A stretch of 52,056 nt of DNA, the filler included, from Basidiobolus ranarum (Eukaryota), in NCBI GenBank assembly GCA_040143965.1. It is 3 parts of 3 records of this genome, joined end to end, with 100 filler letters (N's around TTAATTAATTAA, not from the genome) between each part and the next. Parts side by side here need not be neighbours in the genome. Positions count along the whole stretch, not along the records: positions 34,810 to 52,056 come from JASJQH010000310.1; 2 more parts are not named here. One strand, written 5' to 3'. Both the position numbers and the translations under genes were made by a program. Numbering within the stretch: position 1 is the first letter of the stretch; each line of letters opens with the position of its first letter. The notes under the pieces were generated by a model. The model had not been told where the DNA came from, ran no database searches, and worked only from the letters and a program-made list of their open reading frames with translations. Of the stretch, positions 35,320 through 46,956 are shown piece after piece.

Positions 35320-36722
35320 TTTAAAGATTTATACGATTCTTACTAGGTTAGTGTTGAAGTAGTGATCGGATGTAGGAATCTAAAGGATTTTTGCCCAGCT
35401 TTTATAGGAGAAATGTGGCTTATACCGTGTGAAATTTGTATGAATGTAAACCAAGCCACCATAGTTCAATAACATCATAGTATTTGAAATTGTGGTTTTT
35501 GAGCGTGGTTAAAGTAAACATTTTAGCTGGTGGCCCTTACATTTGTCGTAGAATATTCTTGTTTTATAATCTAAGCATGAAATATCATGAAAATATTAAA
35601 TTATCTACTAATGATTGCTGCGATAAGATGGAGGGCAATTTGGTAGTACTGCTAAGCCACCAAGTTCATGATCTATCACATCATTTGCATAAATAAATCG
35701 TGCTACTTACATCTTGAACTGACAGATAGGTTCAGGCGGGAATTAGTAAGAAATATTGGAGGTTTTGGCTTGATTCAACATATCTTGAATATGAAGCAGC
35801 TAACAGCGTTCGTACGAGTAACTCCTATTTTTATTAGCTCTATTTGGCATTTATAAATGGTCCAGTTTTGTCATTAGTAACGATAACATCTTCTCAAGCA
35901 CTCTCAGAAACTGATATTCCCTGTGATATATATATTATGGAAAATGATATGGCCACCTCCCATTGGCAATCTTATAACTAGTAATGTGGTTATGATGCAT
36001 TTAGTTGGAGCAAATGGTTTTGTTAACAGTGTCTTGGTGCCAATCAGAAATACAAATGGTGTATATAAATACATTTTTTCTCAAAAGAAATTTGGTGGAT
36101 ACTTGCTGAGTATTCCCCACTAAAGATTGAGAATGATATGTTCTAGAATAGAATATTTGAATGTAGCATAAAATGTATCCTCTTTCAGTCATTGTATATT
36201 GAGGTAGTTAGTGGGTATATCAGAGACACTTCAAGTAATGTTAAATAGTTTGACCTTATTAAGTGTAGATGTACTTTACATTAGTTTAACGCACAACTCA
36301 TAATTGATTAATATAATGGACATGGAATTGATCAACATTTCTCAAGCAGCTGAGATCTGAGAAAGTATACTAGAGGGAAATGTTTAATCAAGTCAACAAT
36401 GGGCTAGTAATTACCTTGAGATCTACAAGGCAACGTGATCTCTGTATAGTCCAGTGACATGTTGAATTTCCATTTGAAATTACTGAGCTTGGAGAATTTC
36501 CCTAAAACGATTTACTGATGTGGAATGGATATTCACTAGTGAAGATACCACCAGAATTTTCAAATCCAAGTCCCATTTCGTCCCACTTCGTCACGTCTTA
36601 AATGAAATAACTCCTACCATAGTTGACTGAGATGATAGAAACCCTTTGGAACTGAAAAGATATAAAAAGAGCTCTAGAGTGAGAGCGAGACATCATATTT
36701 GATTTCATCAACAACGCTTGAA

Positions 36723-38441
36723 ATGCTTACTTCCCAACTATTTGCACTTACCAGTATCCTAGGCAGTATCGGTACCTCCTTCAGTTACGATGAGAGATGT
36801 AACAACAATTTTGTCACCTACTGGGGTCAGAATTCATACAGTATCGGAGTACCAGATAAATCCCAATGGGAAAAGCCAGTTAAAAGTTACTGTCAAGATG
36901 ATACTGTAGATATCATCAACATGGCCTTTTTACATGTTTTCAACGCTGGTACTAACAAACTTCCGGAGATCAATCTATCATATCATTGTGATAGTACTTT
37001 CTTTCAGGGTACATCCCTTTTGACTTGTCCGGCTATTGGCGAGGATATAAAATACTGCCAGTCACAAGGCAAGAAGGTTATCATGTCCTTAGGCGGTGCG
37101 GCCGGTTCCTATGGATTTAGTAATGATGCAGATGCCACCAGATTTGCCAAGACAGTATGGGATCTATTCCTTGGTGGATCTTCTAACACTCGCCCATTTG
37201 GATCGGCAGTCCTTGATGGTGTGGATTTGGACATTGAAGGTGGAGGCACTACTGGATATCCAGCTTTCATCAATAGTCTTCGTAGTTATTACAGTCAGGA
37301 TACAAGCAAGAAATACTACATCACAGGTGCACCACAATGTCCATTCCCGGATGCTTTCCTAGGATCAGCCTTAACCAGTGCTTGGTTTGACATGGTGTAT
37401 GTACAATTCTACAATAATTATTGTGGTGCTAGTGATCCTTCTCAGTTTAATTTTGGTACATGGCATAACTGGGCCGTCACCAACTCTGTGAATAAGAATG
37501 TCAAAGTTTATTTAGGGGTTCCAGGATCTGCTAAATCAGCTAGTAGAGGATATATTCCTGCTTCACAGCTCAATTCAATTATAAAGGATACTCGAAGCCG
37601 ATACTCATCCTTTGGGGGAGTGATGGCTTGGGATGCATCTACTTCAGATATGAATACTGATGGTGGTTCAAGTTTTGCAAAACAAGTAAAGCAAGAACTG
37701 AAATCTGGTGCTACCTGTAGTGGAAATCCAGGTACTACTACTGTGCCTCCCAAAACTTCTACAACTACAACATCTACATCAGCCACTACAAGTCAGCCCG
37801 TTACCAGCTCATCACCACCTACCAGTACCTCCACGGGACAGCCATCAAAGCCAACTGTTGACCCTAATTGTCCAGTCCAAGGAGGAAGCTGTACTGGAAA
37901 CCAAATGGGATGTAATGGATACGACTACGCTAGATGTGACAATAGTAAGTGGCTACTGAGTCCATGCAGCAACAATAAGTCACTGTATTGCGTTAAAGGT
38001 GCGTCTGGAGTTTACTGCGATTGGGCTACTGGTAAGGATGTTCAGAGTTGTAGTGTTAGCAGATCACTTCACAAGAGAGAATCTGACACTGATGCAGTGG
38101 TGAAAGGACCCCTGATCGATTTTATTCTCGGTGATGACACTACTACATCTCAATACACTACCTTGGTTAGAATCATCACTACTGGTCATCCATTTTCTAA
38201 CCAATGGAAAGTCGAGTTGGCTCTTCCAGATGGACAAAATATCACCTCGATCACACGCGGTACCTTTACTCAGCAGGGGAACTTAGTTTCGGTGTTGAGT
38301 GAAGTATCTAAAGAGCCCGAATTTAATATGGCCATTTTAATTGAGATTAAGGGCAATCAAGTTAGATCGCCTACTAAATCCATCCCACCAATTACTGCTC
38401 AATTTTGGGATCTTGGATCCCTCATGATGATTGATGCATGA
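36723..38441 (+). CDS. GH18 class III (Cts1-like) chitinase: signal peptide, GH18, Ser/Thr linker, CBM19-like Cys domain, KR site, C-terminal extra domain
   Basis: YWGQNS, KVIMSLGGA, catalytic LDGVDLDIE, TGAPQCPFPD, VQFYNNYC, FGGVMAWD. A 6-Cys domain at ~37866-38035. TATAAAA at 36661. Confidence 0.95.
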   Translation: MLTSQLFALTSILGSIGTSFSYDERCNNNFVTYWGQNSYSIGVPDKSQWEKPVKSYCQDDTVDIINMAFLHVFNAGTNKLPEINLSYHCDSTFFQGTSLLTCPAIGEDIKYCQSQGKKVIMSLGGAAGSYGFSNDADATRFAKTVWDLFLGGSSNTRPFGSAVLDGVDLDIEGGGTTGYPAFINSLRSYYSQDTSKKYYITGAPQCPFPDAFLGSALTSAWFDMVYVQFYNNYCGASDPSQFNFGTWHNWAVTNSVNKNVKVYLGVPGSAKSASRGYIPASQLNSIIKDTRSRYSSFGGVMAWDASTSDMNTDGGSSFAKQVKQELKSGATCSGNPGTTTVPPKTSTTTTSTSATTSQPVTSSSPPTSTSTGQPSKPTVDPNCPVQGGSCTGNQMGCNGYDYARCDNSKWLLSPCSNNKSLYCVKGASGVYCDWATGKDVQSCSVSRSLHKRESDTDAVVKGPLIDFILGDDTTTSQYTTLVRIITTGHPFSNQWKVELALPDGQNITSITRGTFTQQGNLVSVLSEVSKEPEFNMAILIEIKGNQVRSPTKSIPPITAQFWDLGSLMMIDA

Positions 38442-38816
38442 ACAAGAATATTTACCAGAACTGAGAATTTTTATTATACTGAATGAATTGATCCAATAAA
38501 GAATTGAATGAAGAAAGTTACTTAGTATAAATTTTAACGAAAATTGAAAGTTTAGAATAATTTAATAATTCATCATCAAATACCCAATTGGAATTAGAAT
38601 TGTTATTTGTTTTGATTTTCAGTGATGATGGTATACGAAGGTAACAAAAATGAGTTTCAACTCTTTTAACATACGAAAGACTTGTTGAACAATCCGCTTT
38701 TTATTATCTATTGACTGACAAACTTTCTTGCTTCATATATATATATTTTTCTCAAGAAATATACTTTAGTGTAGTGACAATTTCTCGATTCCCTATACAT
38801 ATTCGACTAACGTATC

Positions 38817-41073
38817 ATGCTCGGTTCTACTAGAGCGACGGTAAGTTTTGTTGACCAGGTATATGACTTCCTCTCCTTAACCAATTATTTTATTTCTCTA
38901 GGTAAAATCTGCAGTTGTGGGGACACCTAGAAGAGTGATGGAAGCTGTAGAAATTACTGCCTCTCCTACTCCTTCCAGAGTTCAAAGTGTCAAAAGAAAA
39001 GTCTCTGCTAGTTCCTTATCACAAACCACTACTACAAGGAATGTTCGTGCTAAAGTGAACCCATCTACAAATAGCAAAATCCCCACTGTAAAAGCTCCTG
39101 TGAAACCGGTATCAAGTACCACTACTACACGCAAGACTATTGCTCCACCAACTAAACCAACCGCTACTCGACCTGCCAGTACTAGAATAGCTAAGGTTGC
39201 ACCCAAAAGTAAGCCAGTTAGTAGCACCACAACTGTACGCACAGGAGTCGCGTCCAAACCCCCAGGTAGACCTCCAACTGGAGCTACACGTAAAGCAAAA
39301 GCTCCTTCTGCTCCACCTGAATCTACTGAAACAGAGACTAAAAGTCAGGATGAATCTGGTAGACCAAAGATCAAGAAAAGACCCGCATGGGATACCAAAG
39401 GACGTTTGGAAGATATGGAAGAATTGATGAGCTTTCTCAAGCAACAAATCAAACAATCCAATTCTTCGATGTCTGATATGCATGGGAAATTATCCGAAAG
39501 TGAGGCCAAAATCGATGAACTCGAGAGTTTTAGAAGAAATTTGGAAGATCGTGTGGAGGTGAAAGAGAAGGAGAACGATGAAATTAATCGTAAGGCTTCA
39601 CAATTGGAGAATCAATTATCTTTATTACAAAGTAAAAATGAGGAAGATATGAAAAGGGTGAAAGCCCAGTATGAAGATGAATTACTGATCGTAACTCGGG
39701 AAAAAGATAGAATCCTTAGCGAAAAGGATGGAATCTTAAATGATCTCGCTAAAACTAGGGAATCTTTGAAGCACGAAGAAGACATCAATCTACAACTTCG
39801 TAATACTATCTCTTCCCAATCTGCTAATGCCTTACAGCTAGAAAGTGAGCAACGTACATTGAAAAATACCCTTGAACTCACCGAAGACACTCTAAGAAAG
39901 AGGGAGTCTCGAATTTCAGAACTAGAAGAGTCGCTTGCTAAGGCCAACCAAATGGTCGCATCCTTGGAGAGCGAATTGCGAGAGGAGGAAACTCAGAGAC
40001 GTAAGCTTCACAACACGATACAAGAGCTGAAAGGAAACATTCGAGTATTCTGTAAGGTTCGGCCACTTCTTGGCGCCGAACTATCAGATAATATGTCCCA
40101 TATTTCCTTTTCGGACGATGGAAAATCCATTGAATTGTACCAGGTACAAACCTCTGCCGATGGCTCCAAGACCACCTCAAAGAACTTTCCCTTCCAATTT
40201 GATAAAGTTTTCCAACCTTCAGTCACCCAAACCGAAGTATTCGAAGAAATCGCACAATTGGTTCAATCTGCCTTGGACGGGTATCCTGTAAGCATCTTTG
40301 CATATGGACAAACTGGTAGTGGTAAAACCTTCACCATGGAAGGCCCGGATCACCCTACAGCTGAGAACATGGGAGTGATTCCACGCGCGGTACTACAAAT
40401 CTATGAAACTGCCAATCTATTGAAAGGAAAAGGGTGGGAATATACTATGGAGGGACAATATGTTGAGATCTACAATGAGACGATTCATGATTTACTTGGT
40501 GATGGAGACATGAACAAGAAGCATGAGATTCGGCATCTTCCCGACAACAAAACCGTTCTCACCGATGTTACCATTGTGTCCTTGAACACACCCGAGAAAG
40601 TCACCGAATTGATGAAAAAGGCTGGGCAGAATCGTGCGGTCGCCGCCACTCTATGTAACGAACGTTCTTCACGCAGTCATTCAGTATTTACTCTGCGTCT
40701 GACCGGTAATAACTCGCTCACTGGTGAGATATCCGAAGGCGTTCTAAATTTGATCGATCTTGCTGGTTCAGAACGTCTCTCTTCCTCCAAATCCACTGGA
40801 GACAGACTGAAAGAAACCCAGGCGATCAATAAGAGTTTAAGCAGTTTGGGAGATGTTATTTTCTCGCTAGCCAATAAGGAGAATCATGTGCCATATAGAA
40901 ACTCCAAATTGACTTACCTATTGCAAAATGCGCTGGGTGGCAACTCAAAGACTCTGATGTTCGTTAATGTTAGCCCATTATCCTCGAATTTTGGAGAGAC
41001 TTTATGTTCACTGAGATTCGCCACCAAAGTCAACAATTGTCAAATTGGAACTGCCCGCAAAGTTATCAAGTAA
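38817..41073 (+). CDS. Kinesin-14 (Kar3/KlpA-like C-terminal motor), 1 intron 38841-38901
   Basis: Basic Pro-rich N-terminal tail, RPAWDTKGRL, coiled coil, LHNTIQELKGNIRVFCKVRP, FAYGQTGSGKT, NERSSRSH, DLAGSE, HVPYRNSKLT, ETLCSLRFA. Confidence 0.96.
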
Positions 41074-41083
41074 TGGTTTGACG

Positions 41084-41355
41084 AACCCTAACCCTAAACT
41101 CAACCCTAAAGCCTTGATCGCTTGTAAAAAAATGATGATGATGATGTGGGTCAGAAATAGATTTTCTTACTCAATGATCACTTTCCTTGGTTCAATGTAT
41201 TATTTTAAATTCCCATGAGTTCTTCTACCTAATTTTCCAATAAATCCGATATTTTCTTAAATGATTTTTCCCTCTTATTTGATTGCTCACGTGCTCTTTT
41301 TTGGCTCATTCTAAACCAATCACTGGTTCGAGGCTCAGAGCGGTATTATCACGTG
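41084..41355 (+). promoter_or_regulatory. Telomere-like CCCTAA array plus two TCACGTG E-boxes upstream of RPS23
   Basis: AACCCTAACCCTAAACTCAACCCTAAA at 41084-41110, TCACGTG at 41287-41293 and 41349-41355, CCAAT at ~41316. Confidence 0.5.
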
Positions 41356-41473
41356 GGTGGAAATGGATAAGCATTTGAGATTGGTAGATGAAGTTCGCAG
41401 GATTCAGGGTCATAAAAAAGAAGAGAGTGGGATAGGGACTCCCTCTTTCATCCATTTCATATCCTAATTCAAT

Positions 41474-42008
41474 ATGGGTAAGTGCATAGAATTTTGTTGG
41501 GCTGATGAAGCTAGATGGATGCCTGATTAATCCTCTATCGATACATCATGACTAAATACTATTGTTAATTCCAGGTAAGGGTAAGCCTAGAGGTCTTCAA
41601 GCTGCTCGTAAGCTTCGTAACCATCGTCGTGAAGAACGTTGGGCCGATAAACAATACAAGAAGCGTGCTCTCGGTACCGCTTTCAAGTCTTCCCCCTTCG
41701 GTGGATCTTCCCACGCTAAGGGCATCGTCTTGGAAAAGATTGGTGTTGAAGCCAAGCAACCTAACTCCGCTATTCGTAAGTGTGTTCGTGTTCAACTTAT
41801 CAAGAATGGTAAGAAGATCACCGCTTTCGTTCCCAACGATGGTTGTTTGAATTTCGTTGAAGAAAATGACGAAGTCCTCATTTCTGGTTTCGGTCGTAAG
41901 GGTCGTGCCGTTGGTGATATTCCCGGTGTCCGTTTCAAGGTAGTCAAGGTTTCCGGTGTTTCTCTTCTTGCTTTGTACAAGGAGAAGAAGGAGAAGCCTA
42001 GATCTTAG
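41474..42008 (+). CDS. RPS23: 40S ribosomal protein S23 (uS12), intron 41478-41574
   Basis: [15 protein letters not shown]...[21 protein letters not shown]...[13 protein letters not shown]...KKEKPRS. Confidence 0.98.
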
Positions 42009-42488
42009 TTTACCAACTTAGTGTAGTCTTAGTCTTTATTAGTACACTTGACGAAATAAACTATTCCGTGATATTTACTTCCAATTAAACTTTCTCTTGT
42101 TAACATATACAAATATATCTACACGAATGCATACATGCATGTGAAGCCTACACTACCAAATAAATAGACTATATATCATGTCACTCTTCGGGATTATCAA
42201 TGTACATCATATCATACCATACCATACAGTTCAAGTGAATGCAATATAATACCAGCCATTAGTGAATGCAGTACAATAGTGAATGCAATTAATTACCAGT
42301 CCAACATGCTTGAAGCAGAAAAAAATCTATCGAATTCAACCTAATCTACGATAGATTCAAAAATTTCGAAAATCAAGGGATTTCAACCAATAGAATTTAC
42401 CCAAAGAAAAAAGCACCATTCTCGAGAGTAGATTGAATTTAATGAGGTGATTTGTCTGAAGCAACGGTTCTTTCTCTCTTATTCAATC

Positions 42489-42820
42489 ATGGAAAACGAC
42501 CAAGGTGTTCTCGTTGATTTGTACGTTCCCAGAAAGTGGTACGTATCCCATCATCATCATCCGTAGATAGATATGTACATACATCGAACTTACTGACTTT
42601 AACCTATAGCTCTGCCACTGGTCGTCTCATCCCTGCCAAGGATCATGCCTCTGTTCAAGTGAACGTTGGTGAGGTTGATGCTGAAGGTCGTTATACCGGT
42701 GCTTTCCAAACCTACGCCTTCTCCGGCTTCGTCCGCAAGCTTGGTGAATCCGATGATTCCCTTAACCGTCTCGCCACCAAGGACGGTTTCTTGAAGAATG
42801 TCTGGTCTTACCAGAAGTAA
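42489..42820 (+). CDS. RPS21: 40S ribosomal protein S21 (eS21), intron 42539-42609
   Basis: [35 protein letters not shown]...[15 protein letters not shown]. Confidence 0.97.
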
Positions 42821-43127
42821 ATGAATCCCCGCTTCATCGGTCAGATTCATGAATAAACATACTCTTGTATAAAGAAATAAAACCTCACTTATTTCTTCCA
42901 TAACATATCTTGTACTTTGCTAATCATTGATTTTCTGGCACTGGTTGTGGTGGGTGGAATGAACGTTTAATAGTACTTTGAAATGGGTCCAATGAATGAT
43001 TCATTATTACATTATGGATCGAATAGCTATACGAAATCGAATCCGAATTTTCTTGGTTCTTAAGGTAGTTCAATATATTTTGGAAATTTATAGGTTGGTG
43101 ACAAAGGAAAGGGGGCAGTAAAGAACT

Positions 43128-44108
43128 CTACATGAAATCATCGAAATCATCATCCAAGTTTCTAGAGTAATCAGTAGTATCAATGGTATCAACTTGCTTG
43201 ATAGTGGCTGTAGGTTTCTTGGTCTTCTTCTTACCCTTAGCAGCATCCTTGGCGGCTCTTTGTTTCTCATTAGCTACAGTGGTAAGAATAGATGCCAATT
43301 TACGTACATCCACATCTTTTAGGGGTTCAGCTAATTCACGAATGAAAGTCTCCAAGAAGCCCATGTAGATAGTAGGACGAACTTGTCTGGTGGAGTTAAT
43401 ACGTTGAATGAGAGCATCAGAGAACTCCTCAAATTCCTCCTTAGTCTTAGGTTGAAGACGAGTAAGTTTATCACCAACTTGAGTATCCTTTACTGATACT
43501 CCAGAGAACAAGTCAGTAGCATTCTCAATATCAGCCTGGACTTCGAGAGCTTGAAGACGTGCTCTACGAGCAGCTTCATCGTCACCACTTGCCATAGCAG
43601 CCTTCTTCTCAGCAATTTCCTTCTTACGTCTCTCCTCTTCTTCTTGTCTCAAACGGATCTTTTCAGCAAGTGGGACTTTCTTAGGTTTAACTGGTTCAGC
43701 AACAGGAGTGACCTTTTTCTCTTCTTCTTCCTCAGATTCAGAGTCATCCCAGTTATCCTATGAAACGAAAATATTATTTTCAAAGTTAGTACAAAACCAC
43801 TATGATAGTAAATTTCTATGGAATTACGAAGGGATTATTACCTTTACGTCATCCGATTCTTCATCTTCATCCCCCCAAAATTTACCTGACTTGGCCACGA
43901 CCACAGCAGGAATTTCGTCAAATTCTTCTTTTTCTAAAAGAGAACGACAACAAGTTAGAAAAGTAAGAATAGATTGAATAAGAAATTAAAGTACGCTGAA
44001 CTGAAGAATAAACAAACACTCAAACTATAATGATTTCTAATATAGGTTGATATGGAAAAAAGCTTGATATTCAACAATGGTTCTTTGTAACCTACCCCAA
44101 TCAGACAT
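43128..44108 (-). CDS. HCR1: Eukaryotic translation initiation factor 3 subunit J (Hcr1), 2 introns
   Basis: MSDW| start, KFWGDEDEESDDVK|DNWDDSESEEE, QALEVQADIENATDLF, PKTKEEFEEF, NEKQRAAK, C-terminal DDDFDDFM. Confidence 0.9.
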
Positions 44109-45018
44109 GTTCGTGAAATAAAAGTCTCTTTACTTTACTTGTCGTGTAAAATAGTACTTGCACTATTTTCCTTGAACAAAGAAAAAAAAAAGGTACTTCA
44201 TATGGTTTCGATATATATTTTATATTTATCACTATGGGATCCCCTTGTTTCTATCTGATATTATCGAGTACCACTAAAATTCTTTAGAGAGAAAAAAAAT
44301 CTAGCTGAAAATCCTGGTGGATCATGTGATATGAGTAGGGTTAGGGTTTCTCTAGGAGGAACAATTCTTCTAATTCTTTCGCAGACTTATGAAATGAATA
44401 GAAATGTGATCGGCTCTACTCTCTAACAACACATTGATTGACATTCCCTTAGCATGTGGTAATTCGGTATGGTGGGAAAGCTAAAGATATTATTACATCC
44501 CATCAGCTATCCATATCATCGTAACTAACCACTGTATGTAACATCACTAGATAATGTTGTTTAGAATCATGAATATCTATTAAGGTTTATTATTGACGTA
44601 ATATCCATCAATTTAGCGTAACTGAACATTCCAACGAATTCTAAAAATGGCCTAGAGAATTTGTACTGGCTCTCCATGGGCTCAGAGTCATATTAAACAT
44701 TCATTGGAACCATCAAAAGTTGTAACTTGATGAAATAAGAATCAACCATAAGGATCAACCGCCCATACTAATTAAGTTACATTTGGATGGTTGATGGAAA
44801 CTTTCTCCATCTGATGATGACATCTCTTACAGGTTTATAGGAGTGACGTTGACGATATATACCTTTCCAAGTGAACTATAGATAGGACTGGTGTATGAAG
44901 GTTGACTAGAAGCATCCGTGTGCTACGTGGCTCAGCTAGAGAAATGTTATATAAACACCCAGAAGCTCCTTTCAACACAACAACAATAACAATTCAACTC
45001 ACTTACATCCAACACACC

Positions 45019-45381
45019 ATGGCTGCCACTCAACAAGTAGTATTTTCCGACAAAGAAAAGTCCAACTCCGAATTTTTCATCTACATTCATCCAGAAATCT
45101 ACACTCAATGGAAGACCGACAAGTCAATCCCCATCACTCGGGTGGTTCAAGCATTCAACATCTACATCACTCGTAATGGCAGTAGTACTGGTGTTGCAGA
45201 GACTCCATCAAACCAAGAGTTGGAGAACGTCTTTGGTACATCTAATGATACCGCTGTCGTTGAACACATCCTGAACCACGGTACTGTTAAAGGGAACAGT
45301 GGTATTCAAAACCTTGGTGAGGACTTCAACCGCTCTCGCGGTAAAGGTGGAATTCCTGAAGTGACCAACAATATGTATTAA
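45019..45381 (+). CDS. SBDS N-terminal-domain protein (Rtc3/YHR087W-like), copy 1
   Basis: YTQWKTDKSIPITRVVQAFNIYITRNG...PSNQELENVFGT......VEHILNHG. TATATAAA at ~44948. Confidence 0.82.
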   Translation: MAATQQVVFSDKEKSNSEFFIYIHPEIYTQWKTDKSIPITRVVQAFNIYITRNGSSTGVAETPSNQELENVFGTSNDTAVVEHILNHGTVKGNSGIQNLGEDFNRSRGKGGIPEVTNNMY

Positions 45382-45851
45382 AAGATTGCAATTCATTATA
45401 AATAAATAAACACCATTTCATACTATATACATGTTTATTTCATTCCATTCCATTCTATATACATATATTTTATCCGACTTTTACCAGTAGTCATCAATAT
45501 ACATAGATTCCCTGAAGTCCAACTAGTATTCAGATCAATGAATGAACATTCTAGTGCTTGCCAAAATTTCGCATGCACTATACCAGTAATTGAACCATTT
45601 TTCACTGTAGATGGCCGTTTTAGTGATAGAGTGATGTAACTTCAAGTAGAAATCTTACGCATTACATAATCCCATCAACCCAAATGAATATCTTGATTGC
45701 GTCCCATTCACGTCATCCACAGGAATCTCAATATTGCATGTACAAGAATTAATGAATCAACCAAATGAGAATGTATAAAAAGAACTTGCATTCAAGTAAC
45801 AACCAACATAACCAAGCAATTCAATCCACTTCCAAACTTCATACACTCAAC

Positions 45852-46220
45852 ATGGCCGCCACACAACAAGTAGTATTCACAGACAAAGAAAAGTCCGATT
45901 CGGAATTCTCGATTTATATCAACCCAGATGTCTACACCCAATGGAAATCCGACAAGTCTATCTCTATGACAGAAGTGGTTCAATCCTTCAACATCTATAT
46001 CACTCGTAATGGTGGAAATACCGGGATTGTTGAAGCTCCATCTAACCAAGAATTGGAGACAGTATTTGGTACTTCCAATGAGACCACTGTTGTGGAATAT
46101 ATCTTGAACCATGGAGTGACTAAGGGTAACAGTGGTATTAGCACATCTGGTGAGGAGTTCAACCAGTCTCGTGGTAGTGGAGCCGCTACTGGTGATGCTA
46201 ACATCAATGTCCACAATTAA
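45852..46220 (+). CDS. SBDS N-terminal-domain protein (Rtc3/YHR087W-like), copy 2 (tandem paralogue)
   Basis: Collinear with copy 1 (MAATQQVVF.DKEKS.SEF.IYI.P..YTQWK.DKSI...VVQ.FNIYITRNG...PSNQELE.VFGTSN). TATAAAA at ~45774. Confidence 0.82.
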   Translation: MAATQQVVFTDKEKSDSEFSIYINPDVYTQWKSDKSISMTEVVQSFNIYITRNGGNTGIVEAPSNQELETVFGTSNETTVVEYILNHGVTKGNSGISTSGEEFNQSRGSGAATGDANINVHN

Positions 46221-46956
46221 ATCATTCAACCAATTCCATCATTTAATGTCCACAATTCTGTCATTTAATGTAAGCAACTCTTTTGACAAAAATAAATCCC
46301 TCGGTTAATCAATCCTTTGAAACCTTGCCTATATATATGTTATGATTGGTCAATACTCAATGCCACTGCCTCGGCTTTAAAGTTTGGATTATTTTAGAAT
46401 AGATTCAATTTCTTCCAGTCCCGATGCCAGCCGTTTAATTAAGTGTCGAAGTTGGGATTACACTGGGCAACGATCATCATCAATATCACGAAATTAGGTT
46501 GCTCTTTCTTGGTTGACAATCCTTGCTCATGTACAAAAACCGTGATGGATTCGCCATAGGGGTACATGAAATAATCCGACCGAGTGGCTCCTAATTTGTA
46601 CTGAGTAATATACTGGAAAATACCAATGAATTACTTACTATCGAAGGGTATTTTGGACTTTAAAAGAAAGCCATACTCTTGATTGATTCATATTCATTAA
46701 CAAAGCATTAAAAGTAACTTATTTGTTGAGCAATAAAGTTAATTAGACAAGTGAAAAAAGATTTGGTACTAGCCGTGCCCATGTTCATGTGAAGTAGAAA
46801 CCATGCAAAATTATAGTTATTTAAGCCAATTGATATCACAAGTGAATTTTCCAAATGGTCTATCTACATCAATAATTTGCATTTAACTCTGGGGTGTAGA
46901 GTGCTTTAGTGTTAAACTGCGCTATTCCTATATCATTTTGAGTATATTGCAGTATT

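Noticed and set aside
34825-35346. Plus-strand hydrophobic repeat ORFs (ILTTITRTRIVLL...)
   Set aside because: Antisense shadow of the minus-strand repeat protein: interrupted by a stop, no ATG or promoter context.
38620-38720. Possible C/D-box snoRNA (GTGATGA...CTGA)
   Set aside because: Box motifs are short and common in AT-rich DNA, and I could not identify an rRNA guide complement.
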